Part shown: in pieces, positions 8,803 to 18,150 of the stretch
Layout of the letters: the number at the start of each line of letters is the position of its first letter
Numbering within the stretch: position 1 is the stretch's first letter
IMG/VR virus record: IMGVR_UViG_3300009788_000087
Length of the DNA: 64,000 nt
Source: a virus
Reading direction: 5' to 3' (one strand)
Program-made: the position numbers and the translations under genes
Notes under the pieces: model-generated
What the model saw: the letters and a program-made list of their open reading frames with translations, nothing else
Told to the model about the DNA's origin: nothing
Databases searched by the model: none

Positions 8803-9019
8803 CGATTTCTAATCTTTCTTTTATTTCTTCGAGAGTATACCAATATTCCATCTTGCTTTGTGCCATACCAACACAGATACTCCAAACTACATCAAATGAT
8901 TCATTCGACTTAATCCAGAAACTAATAGATGCGAATGGAACAGGAACATAATATCTCATGCGCCATAGTTTTACGTACCACGATTGGTTCTGATACCTGT
9001 CTTCTAGATCACTGGACAT
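8792..9019 (-). CDS. hypothetical protein
   Basis: 75-aa ORF coupled to both neighbours. Confidence 0.6.
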   Translation of the reverse strand: MSSDLEDRYQNQSWYVKLWRMRYYVPVPFASISFWIKSNESFDVVWSICVGMAQSKMEYWYTLEEIKERLEIDGY

Positions 9020-9538
9020 CTATGACACGCATCGTGATGAATGATCTAGGATACACTCGTACGACACCATCCCACTCGAAGGTAATCCAGCTGTACCGTG
9101 CTCATCGACAGGAGTAGATAGCTGTAATGTATCATTCGTCAAGGGCACAAGAGTACCATCACATGTGAGTGTGGGTTCAGTCTGGCTAATATAAATCGTG
9201 TGATCCCATTGTGGTGCTGTGTTCGGAGTGCTCACGGTCGGAGCTGTTCCCCACCAATATTGTGGATAAGACGGAGGATAGACTGGCCAAGTCTGTTGTG
9301 GCCATGCATGTGGCTGCGTACGCTCATGGTTAGTGAGAGCGTCCTGAATCATGCGAGTGACACTCTCCTCGTTTAGAATCCGCTTACCAGTCTTGCTCGA
9401 CTCATTCTTCTTGTCGCCACTGGGCTTCTCGAGTTGAGCCAGTTCCTCAGCTGTGCCTTCAAATTCAATGACAGTGCCGTCAGGCTGTGTTATCTTCTTC
9501 TTCATTATCTGTAATCTCCATCTTCCATTGTGAACCAC
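9020..9538 (-). CDS. hypothetical protein with Pro/Trp/Tyr-rich low-complexity region
   Basis: WPQQTWPVYPPSYPQYWW; true start likely MKKKITQ. Confidence 0.6.
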   Translation of the reverse strand: MVHNGRWRLQIMKKKITQPDGTVIEFEGTAEELAQLEKPSGDKKNESSKTGKRILNEESVTRMIQDALTNHERTQPHAWPQQTWPVYPPSYPQYWWGTAPTVSTPNTAPQWDHTIYISQTEPTLTCDGTLVPLTNDTLQLSTPVDEHGTAGLPSSGMVSYECILDHSSRCVS

Positions 9539-10016
9539 GACCGAAATCTTTAAGATCCACGCCGTCTATATAGATATCATTCTGACATATAACTTCTACA
9601 GAATTATTCATCAGGAGCTCGATGCCTTCTGTATTCCTGTATAGTTCCGTGTACACGACTTGTTCAATTCCAGCATTTATGATTCGCTTAGAACACATCT
9701 TGCAGGGTGATGTCGTGGTATACAAGCGTTTAAATGAAGGATCATTGAAGTCTAACTTGATGATAGCATTCTCTTCCGCGTGCAAGCATCCACATTTTCC
9801 TGGTTCTTTCGAATCACAACCGTGTGGCCCGCCCTTGTAATTTCCATTGTAGCCGATGGCAAGAACACGATTGTAGTCCCACGATGTGATGACACATCCA
9901 ACTGAGGCTCGCAAACACATACTTCTCTTACTGAGAATATACGCGAATGTCAGATATACGTCAGCCCAGCGAGGACGTGAGACAATCGTTGAGCTCTCCT
10001 CGTATACGTAGCTCAC
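9480..10016 (-). CDS. dCMP deaminase (cytidine/deoxycytidylate deaminase family)
   Basis: S.C.R..VG, GYNG, HAEEN and PCKMC zinc motifs. Confidence 0.93.
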   Translation of the reverse strand: MSYVYEESSTIVSRPRWADVYLTFAYILSKRSMCLRASVGCVITSWDYNRVLAIGYNGNYKGGPHGCDSKEPGKCGCLHAEENAIIKLDFNDPSFKRLYTTTSPCKMCSKRIINAGIEQVVYTELYRNTEGIELLMNNSVEVICQNDIYIDGVDLKDFGRGSQWKMEITDNEEEDNTA

Positions 10017-10351
10017 ACTATCGTGAATACATCTTGATTAGATGTCAGTGCTACAACCACAGCGACAGTGCTACCACGATCGATGGGGATTGAGGCAGCT
10101 AAACACTTCACGTGTGCTTCAACCTCTTGTCCTGGAAGAACGAGTGTTGCTTTGTTGACTAGCTCTAACCCCTGACTGCGTGCATAGTCGCACTCTAACA
10201 ATAATACTGGTACGTTAAAGGTAACACCAAGCGGAACACGTTTAACTTCATCTTCTGCAAGATTAAAATCAAGTGGTGCGCCCAACCTAAGAACTGGTAG
10301 TTCTCCTTTTGGTGTTGTTCCATCGCCTAATTGACATTCTACTATAGCCAT
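10013..10351 (-). CDS. degenerate trimeric dUTPase-like protein
   Basis: Residual VPLG and I.RG..VA patterns; catalytic motifs not recognisable. Confidence 0.4.
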   Translation of the reverse strand: MAIVECQLGDGTTPKGELPVLRLGAPLDFNLAEDEVKRVPLGVTFNVPVLLLECDYARSQGLELVNKATLVLPGQEVEAHVKCLAASIPIDRGSTVAVVVALTSNQDVFTIV

Positions 10352-10362
10352 AATCTTTCCCT

Positions 10363-11490
10363 TTATCTATTCACTACGTTTTCAATCTTATCCACGAAAT
10401 TGGATACATCCATAAATCTTAGCTTCTCTATGTTCTTTGACCTGATGTCATCACGTTCTTTTACACTGATAGTTGCGAGGTTTTCAACGATGAAACACAG
10501 CTCATTAGGATCATCAGCTATGAACTCCACATAGTCTTCGATACCTAAGTGTGGTTTCAGGCCGACAGGTATCGTACCAAATAACAGCGCTTCCCATGGT
10601 CGAGGAGTAATGAACCCGCTCTCAAGGTATGACTGCTTACCAAGCAATGGACACGCAGCTGCAGTACCATACACACGTCTGAAATCTGATATCGTTATAC
10701 GTTCGTTATACAAGACATACGGCCATTTCAATCTGCATTCAGTAAGGTTCGGTTCGCGTGTCCAGTTGCCCCAAAACTCTACTTCAAACCTAAATGCCTC
10801 GCTGACAGGTGCTATCCACTTATCGATGACATCATCTCTTTCGTACCTTGATCCAATGTAAACGAGCTTTCTACTCTTACTAACGGGGAGTGTTGGGAAC
10901 TGGTATAGATCATCTACTACGATTGGCGGCTCCACTCTTGTTCTATAAAATCCGTAGTCCAACGGTTTGACTGACGTCTCAAAGATTGCATCGGGTGCCC
11001 ACTTCACCTCATCCTCTAGCGTTAGTTTATGATCTAGATCCCACAGTATAATCTTGGTGCTCTTACCTTTGAAGTATTCAAGTATCTGCGTCTGTCTATC
11101 AAGGTCTGACTGATAGCCCACATCATTAATATCTATGTCAATGTTCCTACCTGGAATTGGGAAGCGCCATTCAATGAGAAGCACGTCAAGTTCGGGTAGT
11201 TCATCCAATTCAGTCAATGAAATGTCTGCTGTTGTTAACGTCTTGAACGATCTACGCCATGCATTATATCGTTTTTCAGTAGAGAATGAAGAGAATGCAT
11301 TATGAAACTTACCACTCACATATTCAAAGTCACGATCACGTTGAAGTAAATACGTCTCCCATCCTCGCTTCTGTGCTTCATGAAGAATGGACCATGAGTA
11401 CGCTGCATTACCATCAGGGGTGGAAACTTCCTTGCCGAACTCGAATTTACGATCAGCGATGAATCCCCAGTATGCGTAACCTAATCTCAC
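10363..11490 (-). CDS. GT-B glycosyltransferase resembling T4 DNA beta-glucosyltransferase
   Basis: C-terminal LVYIGS...VEFWGN...LLGKQSYLESGFITPRPWEAL parallels BGT VIYGGS...IEFFGN...IIGDKNYNDNFITLRVWETM (BGT recalled from memory). Confidence 0.75.
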   Translation of the reverse strand: MRLGYAYWGFIADRKFEFGKEVSTPDGNAAYSWSILHEAQKRGWETYLLQRDRDFEYVSGKFHNAFSSFSTEKRYNAWRRSFKTLTTADISLTELDELPELDVLLIEWRFPIPGRNIDIDINDVGYQSDLDRQTQILEYFKGKSTKIILWDLDHKLTLEDEVKWAPDAIFETSVKPLDYGFYRTRVEPPIVVDDLYQFPTLPVSKSRKLVYIGSRYERDDVIDKWIAPVSEAFRFEVEFWGNWTREPNLTECRLKWPYVLYNERITISDFRRVYGTAAACPLLGKQSYLESGFITPRPWEALLFGTIPVGLKPHLGIEDYVEFIADDPNELCFIVENLATISVKERDDIRSKNIEKLRFMDVSNFVDKIENVVNR

Positions 11491-11759
11491 TTAGTTTGCT
11501 TGTGGGGATATGATGGAGAAGATGGGCGCCCACTTGGGTGAATGTCATATTCGATACTGCCATGTTTACTCGGGTGATATGCATCAGAAGCATTCGCTTG
11601 AGTTGCATATGGTATTAGCTTCTTAAATCTTTCAAGTTGTGTAACTTTAATTATAAGCTCGTTAATCTGTGCTTCACGTGTCTTACTTGGAACAACAGGA
11701 AGTAACCAAATCGAGAACCTAAAGAACTTTATCGATAGCCATTTTCTAAATCTTCTCAT
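11487..11759 (-). CDS. small hypothetical protein
   Basis: 90-aa ORF overlapping both neighbours by 4 nt. Confidence 0.55.
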   Translation of the reverse strand: MRRFRKWLSIKFFRFSIWLLPVVPSKTREAQINELIIKVTQLERFKKLIPYATQANASDAYHPSKHGSIEYDIHPSGRPSSPSYPHKQTK

Positions 11760-12301
11760 AACTCTACCTTTACACCGCTATCTGAATTTAGACTGCGTAT
11801 TAGGTTAATCTTTTCCGTGAGTTGCGGCAACTGTCGTTCAATGTCATCATCGTAGTCATCAACAAAGATCTTAATAACATGACAATTCGTCTGATGATAG
11901 AATCTCGTATATCTATTATGTAGTGCTTCTAATTTGTGTGATTCTACGAGCTCATCATTTACTACAGAATAATCATGACGCAGACACATTACGACAATAG
12001 CACCCATCTCGCTCCACTCACTATCAATTCGATTCAGTGGTTCAGAAAGTGTTGAGCGTCCATACACGTCTGAATACACGATCTCTGATATGTAGCATCT
12101 ATCTGACACAAACGCAGTGTCTGTCTGTCTCACAAACTCAGGTAACAGTATATCAAATGGAATAGAGCTTGTAAAACAATCATTGATCCAGTTTGATTTT
12201 TCAGTTGTTACCTTGAAATATGGGATCCCATAGTGATTAGAGAGAGCGTGGGAAATATGAGTTTTGCCGCATCCGTCTGGACCTTCTACAAAGATGATCA
12301 T
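11756..12301 (-). CDS. dNMP kinase (thymidylate-kinase-like P-loop)
   Basis: MIIFVEGPDGCGKT, SDR motif; ATG at 12301 overlaps upstream TGA. Confidence 0.85.
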   Translation of the reverse strand: MIIFVEGPDGCGKTHISHALSNHYGIPYFKVTTEKSNWINDCFTSSIPFDILLPEFVRQTDTAFVSDRCYISEIVYSDVYGRSTLSEPLNRIDSEWSEMGAIVVMCLRHDYSVVNDELVESHKLEALHNRYTRFYHQTNCHVIKIFVDDYDDDIERQLPQLTEKINLIRSLNSDSGVKVEL

Positions 12302-12996
12302 GGTTTTCTTACACACCAATAATCTGAGGGTGCTTGCCCTTCTTCGTTCGACCATCTTTCGTGCTCTATTGGAAGATCGTGTAGAGGACTATAAAACATA
12401 TCACCTACTGCAGCCATCACACCTTTCCAATATTCGCAGTAATCATCACCGAACATAATGCCACCAGCACGAAGTAGTGGCCAGTATGCTTCGAGATCTG
12501 CTAAGACATCTTCATACTCATGGCTACCATCAATGTAGATGAGGTCTGCTTGCACGTCTTTCTTTCGCAATAGACGAGCAGCATTTGTTGATGTCTGTGG
12601 AAATGGTGTGATTCGACCTTGGTTCCCAGTTATAATTACATTTGCAAGAAACTGATAGTATACTTGTGGATAACCATTACACAACTCGAGAGACTTGTAT
12701 CTCTTCTCGTCCTTGTGGTCCTCCCAAAATTCTGTCGCACCAAGCCATGTATCAACACATGTAATCTCAGTCTTACCTCTTAACTCTGGATCTGCGCCGC
12801 ATATATCTGCCATCGTGATCGCAGACTTACCTTTCCATGTACCAACCTCAATGATAAGTTCAGGTTTTACTTCATCGATCTTCTTCTTGAAATATTCATA
12901 ATGTCCGCCCCAACCTTGAGCATCGAATGAATATGCTACTAAAGGAAAATCCTTGTAGATGTCATGGTCGTAAAGAATATCATAGATTCTACTCAC
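12298..12996 (-). CDS. class I SAM-dependent methyltransferase (Methyltransf_24-like)
   Basis: IEVGTWKGKSA, VDTW, YIDGSHEYEDV..D, GGIMFGDDY; probable GTG start at 12996. Confidence 0.88.
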   Translation of the reverse strand: MSRIYDILYDHDIYKDFPLVAYSFDAQGWGGHYEYFKKKIDEVKPELIIEVGTWKGKSAITMADICGADPELRGKTEITCVDTWLGATEFWEDHKDEKRYKSLELCNGYPQVYYQFLANVIITGNQGRITPFPQTSTNAARLLRKKDVQADLIYIDGSHEYEDVLADLEAYWPLLRAGGIMFGDDYCEYWKGVMAAVGDMFYSPLHDLPIEHERWSNEEGQAPSDYWCVRKP

Positions 12997-14077
12997 TGCC
13001 AACCCCTTTGAATAATCCTGCCCAGATCTGCATGGCTTTGCCGAGCTTCTTGAAGTAGTCCGTATATTCGGGGAATTCATCATACTTGGTGATGTGTTTT
13101 CCGAGATGCATGTATATCGTATTAGCTTCTATATAACCTTCAACTATTCCAGGATGATCGAATGAGTCTACATACTCCCACAGCTTCTCATTCACCTCGA
13201 GACCATTTGCTTCCTTCTTTAGGTTGGTGAATGGATTGGATGCACGCTCGTGCCTGATGTATGGAATCCCGGTGCTGACAGTTTTACCTAGAATATCTGC
13301 GCACTTCTTCATAAAGATGCCGCACCATATGTCACCGAAGCGATCGAATGGAAGTTTTTTCAAAGTTGTATATGGTTTCAATTCAAAGTCTTCTGGCGTA
13401 ACTTTAGGTTTCAACTGTTGCCCCATCAGTAAGTGATACATCAGTACCGTGTACTCTGCTTTCCACATCACGTTCATCCCACACATGGGGAAGTATGAAC
13501 CATGGGGCACGATCTTATTGTCATAGGCAAACTTCTCTTCTACGGGATTGACGAGCTGAGTGGGCGCATCATAGTCTATTACATTCGTCCACAGCCCGTG
13601 ATTTACAATCGTATCGTTCCGTTCACCAAGATTGTAGAACGGTATTCCACGAGGTTTCACACAGTCGAGAGTATTGAACCATCTTGTGCGGCCACCATTG
13701 AGATATTTCTTGTGTTGCTCGACGAATCCTTTGCCATCATATATGTGATCCATCGGATAGCAGTCATCATCGAGTGTCATGATGTACCTATAGCCACATG
13801 AATGCGCATACCAATATGCAAAACTTCTGACAGTATCAGATCTTCGTGGGATTATCCACTCATCCTCACCAAGTCCATCCCGGATATTTTTCCAACACAA
13901 ATGTACGATATTATTTTTGGAACCATCAAAAACTTTGAATGTCTTTGTTGGATTGTCTTCCATAACAAACAGGTCTACATGATCGAATAGACCGATATCA
14001 TTCCACCTCTTATAAAAATCAGTGAAGCAATTCTCACGAATCGTAGGAACTATTAATGCGATTTCTTTAGCGATCAT
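12989..14077 (-). CDS. RGP / UDP-arabinopyranose mutase homolog (GT75)
   Basis: TLDDDC, RGIPF, HGLWTNVIDYDAPTQLVNP, FPMCGMN, TGIPYIRHERASNPFTNLKKE match conserved plant RGP/UAM blocks. Confidence 0.88.
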   Translation of the reverse strand: MIAKEIALIVPTIRENCFTDFYKRWNDIGLFDHVDLFVMEDNPTKTFKVFDGSKNNIVHLCWKNIRDGLGEDEWIIPRRSDTVRSFAYWYAHSCGYRYIMTLDDDCYPMDHIYDGKGFVEQHKKYLNGGRTRWFNTLDCVKPRGIPFYNLGERNDTIVNHGLWTNVIDYDAPTQLVNPVEEKFAYDNKIVPHGSYFPMCGMNVMWKAEYTVLMYHLLMGQQLKPKVTPEDFELKPYTTLKKLPFDRFGDIWCGIFMKKCADILGKTVSTGIPYIRHERASNPFTNLKKEANGLEVNEKLWEYVDSFDHPGIVEGYIEANTIYMHLGKHITKYDEFPEYTDYFKKLGKAMQIWAGLFKGVGSE

Positions 14078-14080
14078 CTT

Positions 14081-17000
14081 TTATCCCTCTACCTCATCCA
14101 CATTAATTAATGCACCATCTGCACTGTATTCACTGTGTGCCCATCCCGGTTTGCCAAGCACGAGATTCTGTGGTTCATCCAGCTTTCTATTGAAGGTGGC
14201 AAAGAATACATTACCCTTCACTGCTTTCTTCGCAATGTACCGCCAGATTGTTGCGAAGCACGGTGCGTCAAACTCAGTCCCATTTCTGTCACCGAACTTA
14301 ATGAATGCCATCATGCCACCACGAGACTGAGCACGTTCACGGACATCTTTAATGATTACAGGGATGACACCGATTTTATCCTCTGACTTCACAAACTCTT
14401 CAAAGTCTTGAACCATGCCTTCCTTAGCAAGTATCTCTATCTTCTTATCCCTATCGAATAGTTTGAATGGTGTACCAATAAGATTGAATCCAAGCAACTC
14501 ATTCTCATACTCTACAAGCTTAGCGATTGGATGCGGTTCACACTCAAGAGCAAAGTACTGCTCTTCAAATTCAGCTTTCTTTTTCTTGACGCGAAGCTTT
14601 GGATTGTCCTGCCACAATTCATACCTCAACTCAGTCAGCGCCATGTTCTCTTCCAATGAAGTAAACGCACCGACCTTGATAAGGGGAACCGTTGCAGTCT
14701 TACCACCGCCTGTCTTATAGAGATAATCACGTAGACTCTCATACGGTTGGCTCTTCTCAATCTTCTTAACAGCTGCGTCACCGACACCCAACGCAGAACC
14801 AAGTGCTAACCTGATCGCAACACCCTCAATCTTGTGAAAAGCACTCGATTTATTGATATCTACCGGCAGAATCTTAAATCCCTGACGCTTGATGTCGTCC
14901 ACATAAGATTGAAGATCATCTGCTTTACCATGAATTAGAAGTGCTGTAAAGAATTCAAGTGGATAGTATGTTCGAAGGAATGCAGTCTGCATGGAGATCA
15001 TAGCATAGCACTTGGCATGACTGGCATTGAAACCATATCCACCAAAGTGCTCGAACATATTCCATAGTTCAAGACCCTGCTTCTCAGTCAATCCATTCTC
15101 TACACATCCCTTAACGAATGGTTCTCTTAGCTCCTTCTTCTCGTTCTGAAGGAAGTCATCCTTCTTTGACTTGTCTTTCTTTAGGAACAGCTTCCTAAGT
15201 CTGTTGACATGTGTCATCGGTAGCTTACCGAGGTGGTGACCGATGTTTAACATCTGTTCCTGATATACAAGACAACCGTAAGTCTCCTTCATGATCTCTT
15301 CCATCATGGGATGCACATATTTGATCTTGTCAGGGTTGTGTTTGTTCTCAGCGTATAGCTTATGCATGCCTGAACCAAGTGGTCCCGGTCTATAGATCGC
15401 ACCGATCGCTGACACGTCATTGAAGCAGTCAGGTTTAATCCGTTGAGCTACTTTCCTGATACCTTTGTTTGTAAACTGAAATATGCCCGTGAAATTCCCG
15501 TCGATGAAGACTGTCTTGATTACTTTCTGATCATCGATGTCCATGTACGTTGGATCGACCATCTTATATGCTTCATCATAATTCATGTCATGTCGTTTAG
15601 ATATTAGCCTAAGTGCACGGTCGATGACCGATAGAGTTGAAAGCGACAGTATGTCAAACTTGACAAATCCCATCGCTGAACATTGCTTGTTAACAATCCC
15701 GTCAGTGAACGATGTTTGTAGAACTCCTTTATTCTGGAATAGAGCCATCTCTCGAGGTAGGTTGTCTCCGATAACGAGGCCACAAGCATGACGTCCCACG
15801 TGACGATTCTTCCCATACAACTTAGTGATATTTTCACCGATGACGGGATACTTCTCGACGAGAGCTCTGTAAGTAGGAGAGACTCTAACGACATCTTCGT
15901 ACTTGATGTCGATGGTGGACTTGTCTTGGCCTTTACCTCGCAAGACTCGAAGCTCGCCCTCGATTTTCTTGTTTGCCTTGTTGATCTCTCGATGGTCGAT
16001 ATCATAGACACGTGCTATATCCTTGAGTAGTCCCTTAATTTGGAATGTACCGTATGTGCTGATGCAAGCGACGTTGTCGTGACCGAACATCTCACGGAGC
16101 ATTTCGCGCGCTTGCTCGCTATCTTGAAAATCAGTATCAATGTCAGGAAGCTCGACACGGGAAGGGTTAATAAATCGCTCGAATAGAAGATTATGTTTAA
16201 TGGGATCGAGATCTGTGAGACCACTGAGGTAACAAACAAGAGAACCAGCAGCACTACCACGTCCCGGTCCCACGAGCATTTGCTCTTTGGCTTTGGTAAT
16301 GATGTCACGCATAATGAGGAAGTATGAGGCAAAACCCTTCTCCTTAATCAGCTTCATTTCATGCATGAAGCGTTTACGATACTGCTCATCATCAGTGAGG
16401 TTCAGCTCTTTCATCCTCGCAATGGCCACCTCACCCAGTTTCTTGAATGGATGCTCGAACCTACACGTTGGAAGCCTCTCTTCCGTATTAGGTTCATAGT
16501 CTTCAACCATCGAGTCAATGAGCAGTGTATTTTCAAATGCCTCACGAACAAGATTTGCATCTGCATCGCCACCAAAGCGCTCGAATGTTTCCCACATCTC
16601 TTGAGGTGACTTAATGTAGAGCTGCTTGATATTAAAATCCCAGTCATCTCCTCTTGTCGACATCGTCTTCTGACTGCGAAGCATGTAAAGAATTTCCTGC
16701 GCAGCCCACTCGTCTGAGTTCACGTAGTGTGAATCGCATGTTACATTGAGCGGGATTCCAGTCTCATGATGCACTTTGATAATAGACTCGTTGATAAATC
16801 GCTGAGAATCAGACTCGTTGAACTGCAGCTCAAGGAAGAATCTGTCACCGAAGATCTCCTTATATTCTTCAGCTTCACGAACGACATCACTCCACTCAGC
16901 GTCACCGTTCTTCCATGCCCAGCACCTATTAGCAATGACTCCGCCCATGCACGCTGAAGACGCGATGACTCCGTTACCGAAATCATTCATCATCCTCTTA

Positions 17001-17464
17001 TCGATCCTCGGCTTCATGTACATGCCCTCCTTGTGCGCAAGGTGTGTGAGGTTGTACAAGTTATCGAGACCCGCCTGATTCTGTGCTATGAGAACAAGGT
17101 GACCTTTCCTATAGAGAGACTTCTGTCTACTCTTCATATCGAGATTGGTAGCATCTTCATCTACCGCCTCAGACTTCTTTAGCTTCTTCAGTGACTCCTT
17201 GTCGGACTCTAACTTTGCTTTCTCTTCTGACCACTTCTTTAGATCATCAATCGCATATGCTTCAACACCGTAGATTGTGCGGACTCCATGTTTCTTTCCA
17301 TGCAGATAAAAATCTGCAATACCATGCATATGCCCATGATCAGTTAGTGCAATAGAGCAAAGACCTTTCTCCTTCGCTTTAAGGACCATGTCTTCAGGTC
17401 GAGACAGACCATCCATGAAACTGAAGTGGGAGTGATTGTGCAGACTAGCAAAATCTTTTATCAT
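14081..17464 (-). CDS. dnaE: DNA polymerase III alpha subunit
   Basis: PHP HNHSHFSFMDG, GPGRGSAAGSLV, PDIDTDF, KFDILSL, VYQEQ, YGFNASHA, C-terminal OB fold; no intein. Confidence 0.97.
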   Translation of the reverse strand: MIKDFASLHNHSHFSFMDGLSRPEDMVLKAKEKGLCSIALTDHGHMHGIADFYLHGKKHGVRTIYGVEAYAIDDLKKWSEEKAKLESDKESLKKLKKSEAVDEDATNLDMKSRQKSLYRKGHLVLIAQNQAGLDNLYNLTHLAHKEGMYMKPRIDKRMMNDFGNGVIASSACMGGVIANRCWAWKNGDAEWSDVVREAEEYKEIFGDRFFLELQFNESDSQRFINESIIKVHHETGIPLNVTCDSHYVNSDEWAAQEILYMLRSQKTMSTRGDDWDFNIKQLYIKSPQEMWETFERFGGDADANLVREAFENTLLIDSMVEDYEPNTEERLPTCRFEHPFKKLGEVAIARMKELNLTDDEQYRKRFMHEMKLIKEKGFASYFLIMRDIITKAKEQMLVGPGRGSAAGSLVCYLSGLTDLDPIKHNLLFERFINPSRVELPDIDTDFQDSEQAREMLREMFGHDNVACISTYGTFQIKGLLKDIARVYDIDHREINKANKKIEGELRVLRGKGQDKSTIDIKYEDVVRVSPTYRALVEKYPVIGENITKLYGKNRHVGRHACGLVIGDNLPREMALFQNKGVLQTSFTDGIVNKQCSAMGFVKFDILSLSTLSVIDRALRLISKRHDMNYDEAYKMVDPTYMDIDDQKVIKTVFIDGNFTGIFQFTNKGIRKVAQRIKPDCFNDVSAIGAIYRPGPLGSGMHKLYAENKHNPDKIKYVHPMMEEIMKETYGCLVYQEQMLNIGHHLGKLPMTHVNRLRKLFLKKDKSKKDDFLQNEKKELREPFVKGCVENGLTEKQGLELWNMFEHFGGYGFNASHAKCYAMISMQTAFLRTYYPLEFFTALLIHGKADDLQSYVDDIKRQGFKILPVDINKSSAFHKIEGVAIRLALGSALGVGDAAVKKIEKSQPYESLRDYLYKTGGGKTATVPLIKVGAFTSLEENMALTELRYELWQDNPKLRVKKKKAEFEEQYFALECEPHPIAKLVEYENELLGFNLIGTPFKLFDRDKKIEILAKEGMVQDFEEFVKSEDKIGVIPVIIKDVRERAQSRGGMMAFIKFGDRNGTEFDAPCFATIWRYIAKKAVKGNVFFATFNRKLDEPQNLVLGKPGWAHSEYSADGALINVDEVEG

Positions 17465-17474
17465 ATTCCGTATT

Positions 17475-17786
17475 CTAACTGATCGATTTCTTAGAAGACT
17501 TACTAATAGGTATTTCAGCGAGATATCCGCTTAAGACACTATCTCTAAGTCGTTCGTCAACGTAGGCTCTTTTTGCTTCTTCAAATGAACAACGACTCCA
17601 TCGTTCATTTCCAAGAGAATCTTTACTAAGAGACTCTGTAACGACATAAATCTCATATTGCTTGCCATTAATCCCTACATTTAGAAGATGATAAGGATCG
17701 TCTGCTCTCTCGGATGCAATGAAACGATAGTCCTTACATGATAACACAACTCTCGGTAGTTTTAGATTTTTAGTAACCACTTTCAA
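17475..17786 (-). CDS. hypothetical protein
   Basis: 103-aa ORF inside the coupled operon. Confidence 0.6.
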   Translation of the reverse strand: MKVVTKNLKLPRVVLSCKDYRFIASERADDPYHLLNVGINGKQYEIYVVTESLSKDSLGNERWSRCSFEEAKRAYVDERLRDSVLSGYLAEIPISKSSKKSIS

Positions 17787-18150
17787 ACCTTTCTTTTACA
17801 ACTCGGTTCTTACGACAGAACTCATTGTACATCTCTTGTGGTGAGATGCCGGACAGTATACAGATCTCCATGAAATACGCCAATGTATCTCCTAGCTCTT
17901 CAACATAGTGTGAACGATCGAATTCCCTATCATCAGTCACTTTATGTATCTTGTTCTTCAGAGTATACGTTGCCTCCCACAGTTCATTGTGACAGTCACT
18001 AACGATCTCCTTGATCATACGTTGACCCTGTTTAGTTGTCAAATCAATCGGCCAAGGAGGTAGGACATCACGTTCTTCCAATATCTGCATGTTCCCCTCT
18101 TGGCGATAGAACATGTCTTTCCATAAGTCAGTTGAAAGTGACATCGTCAC
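17770..18150 (-). CDS. all-alpha dNTP pyrophosphohydrolase (MazG / dimeric dUTPase / dCTPase-like)
   Basis: ELWEA...EELGD acidic helices and C-terminal KN......R...GY. Confidence 0.8.
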   Translation of the reverse strand: MTMSLSTDLWKDMFYRQEGNMQILEERDVLPPWPIDLTTKQGQRMIKEIVSDCHNELWEATYTLKNKIHKVTDDREFDRSHYVEELGDTLAYFMEICILSGISPQEMYNEFCRKNRVVKERFESGY

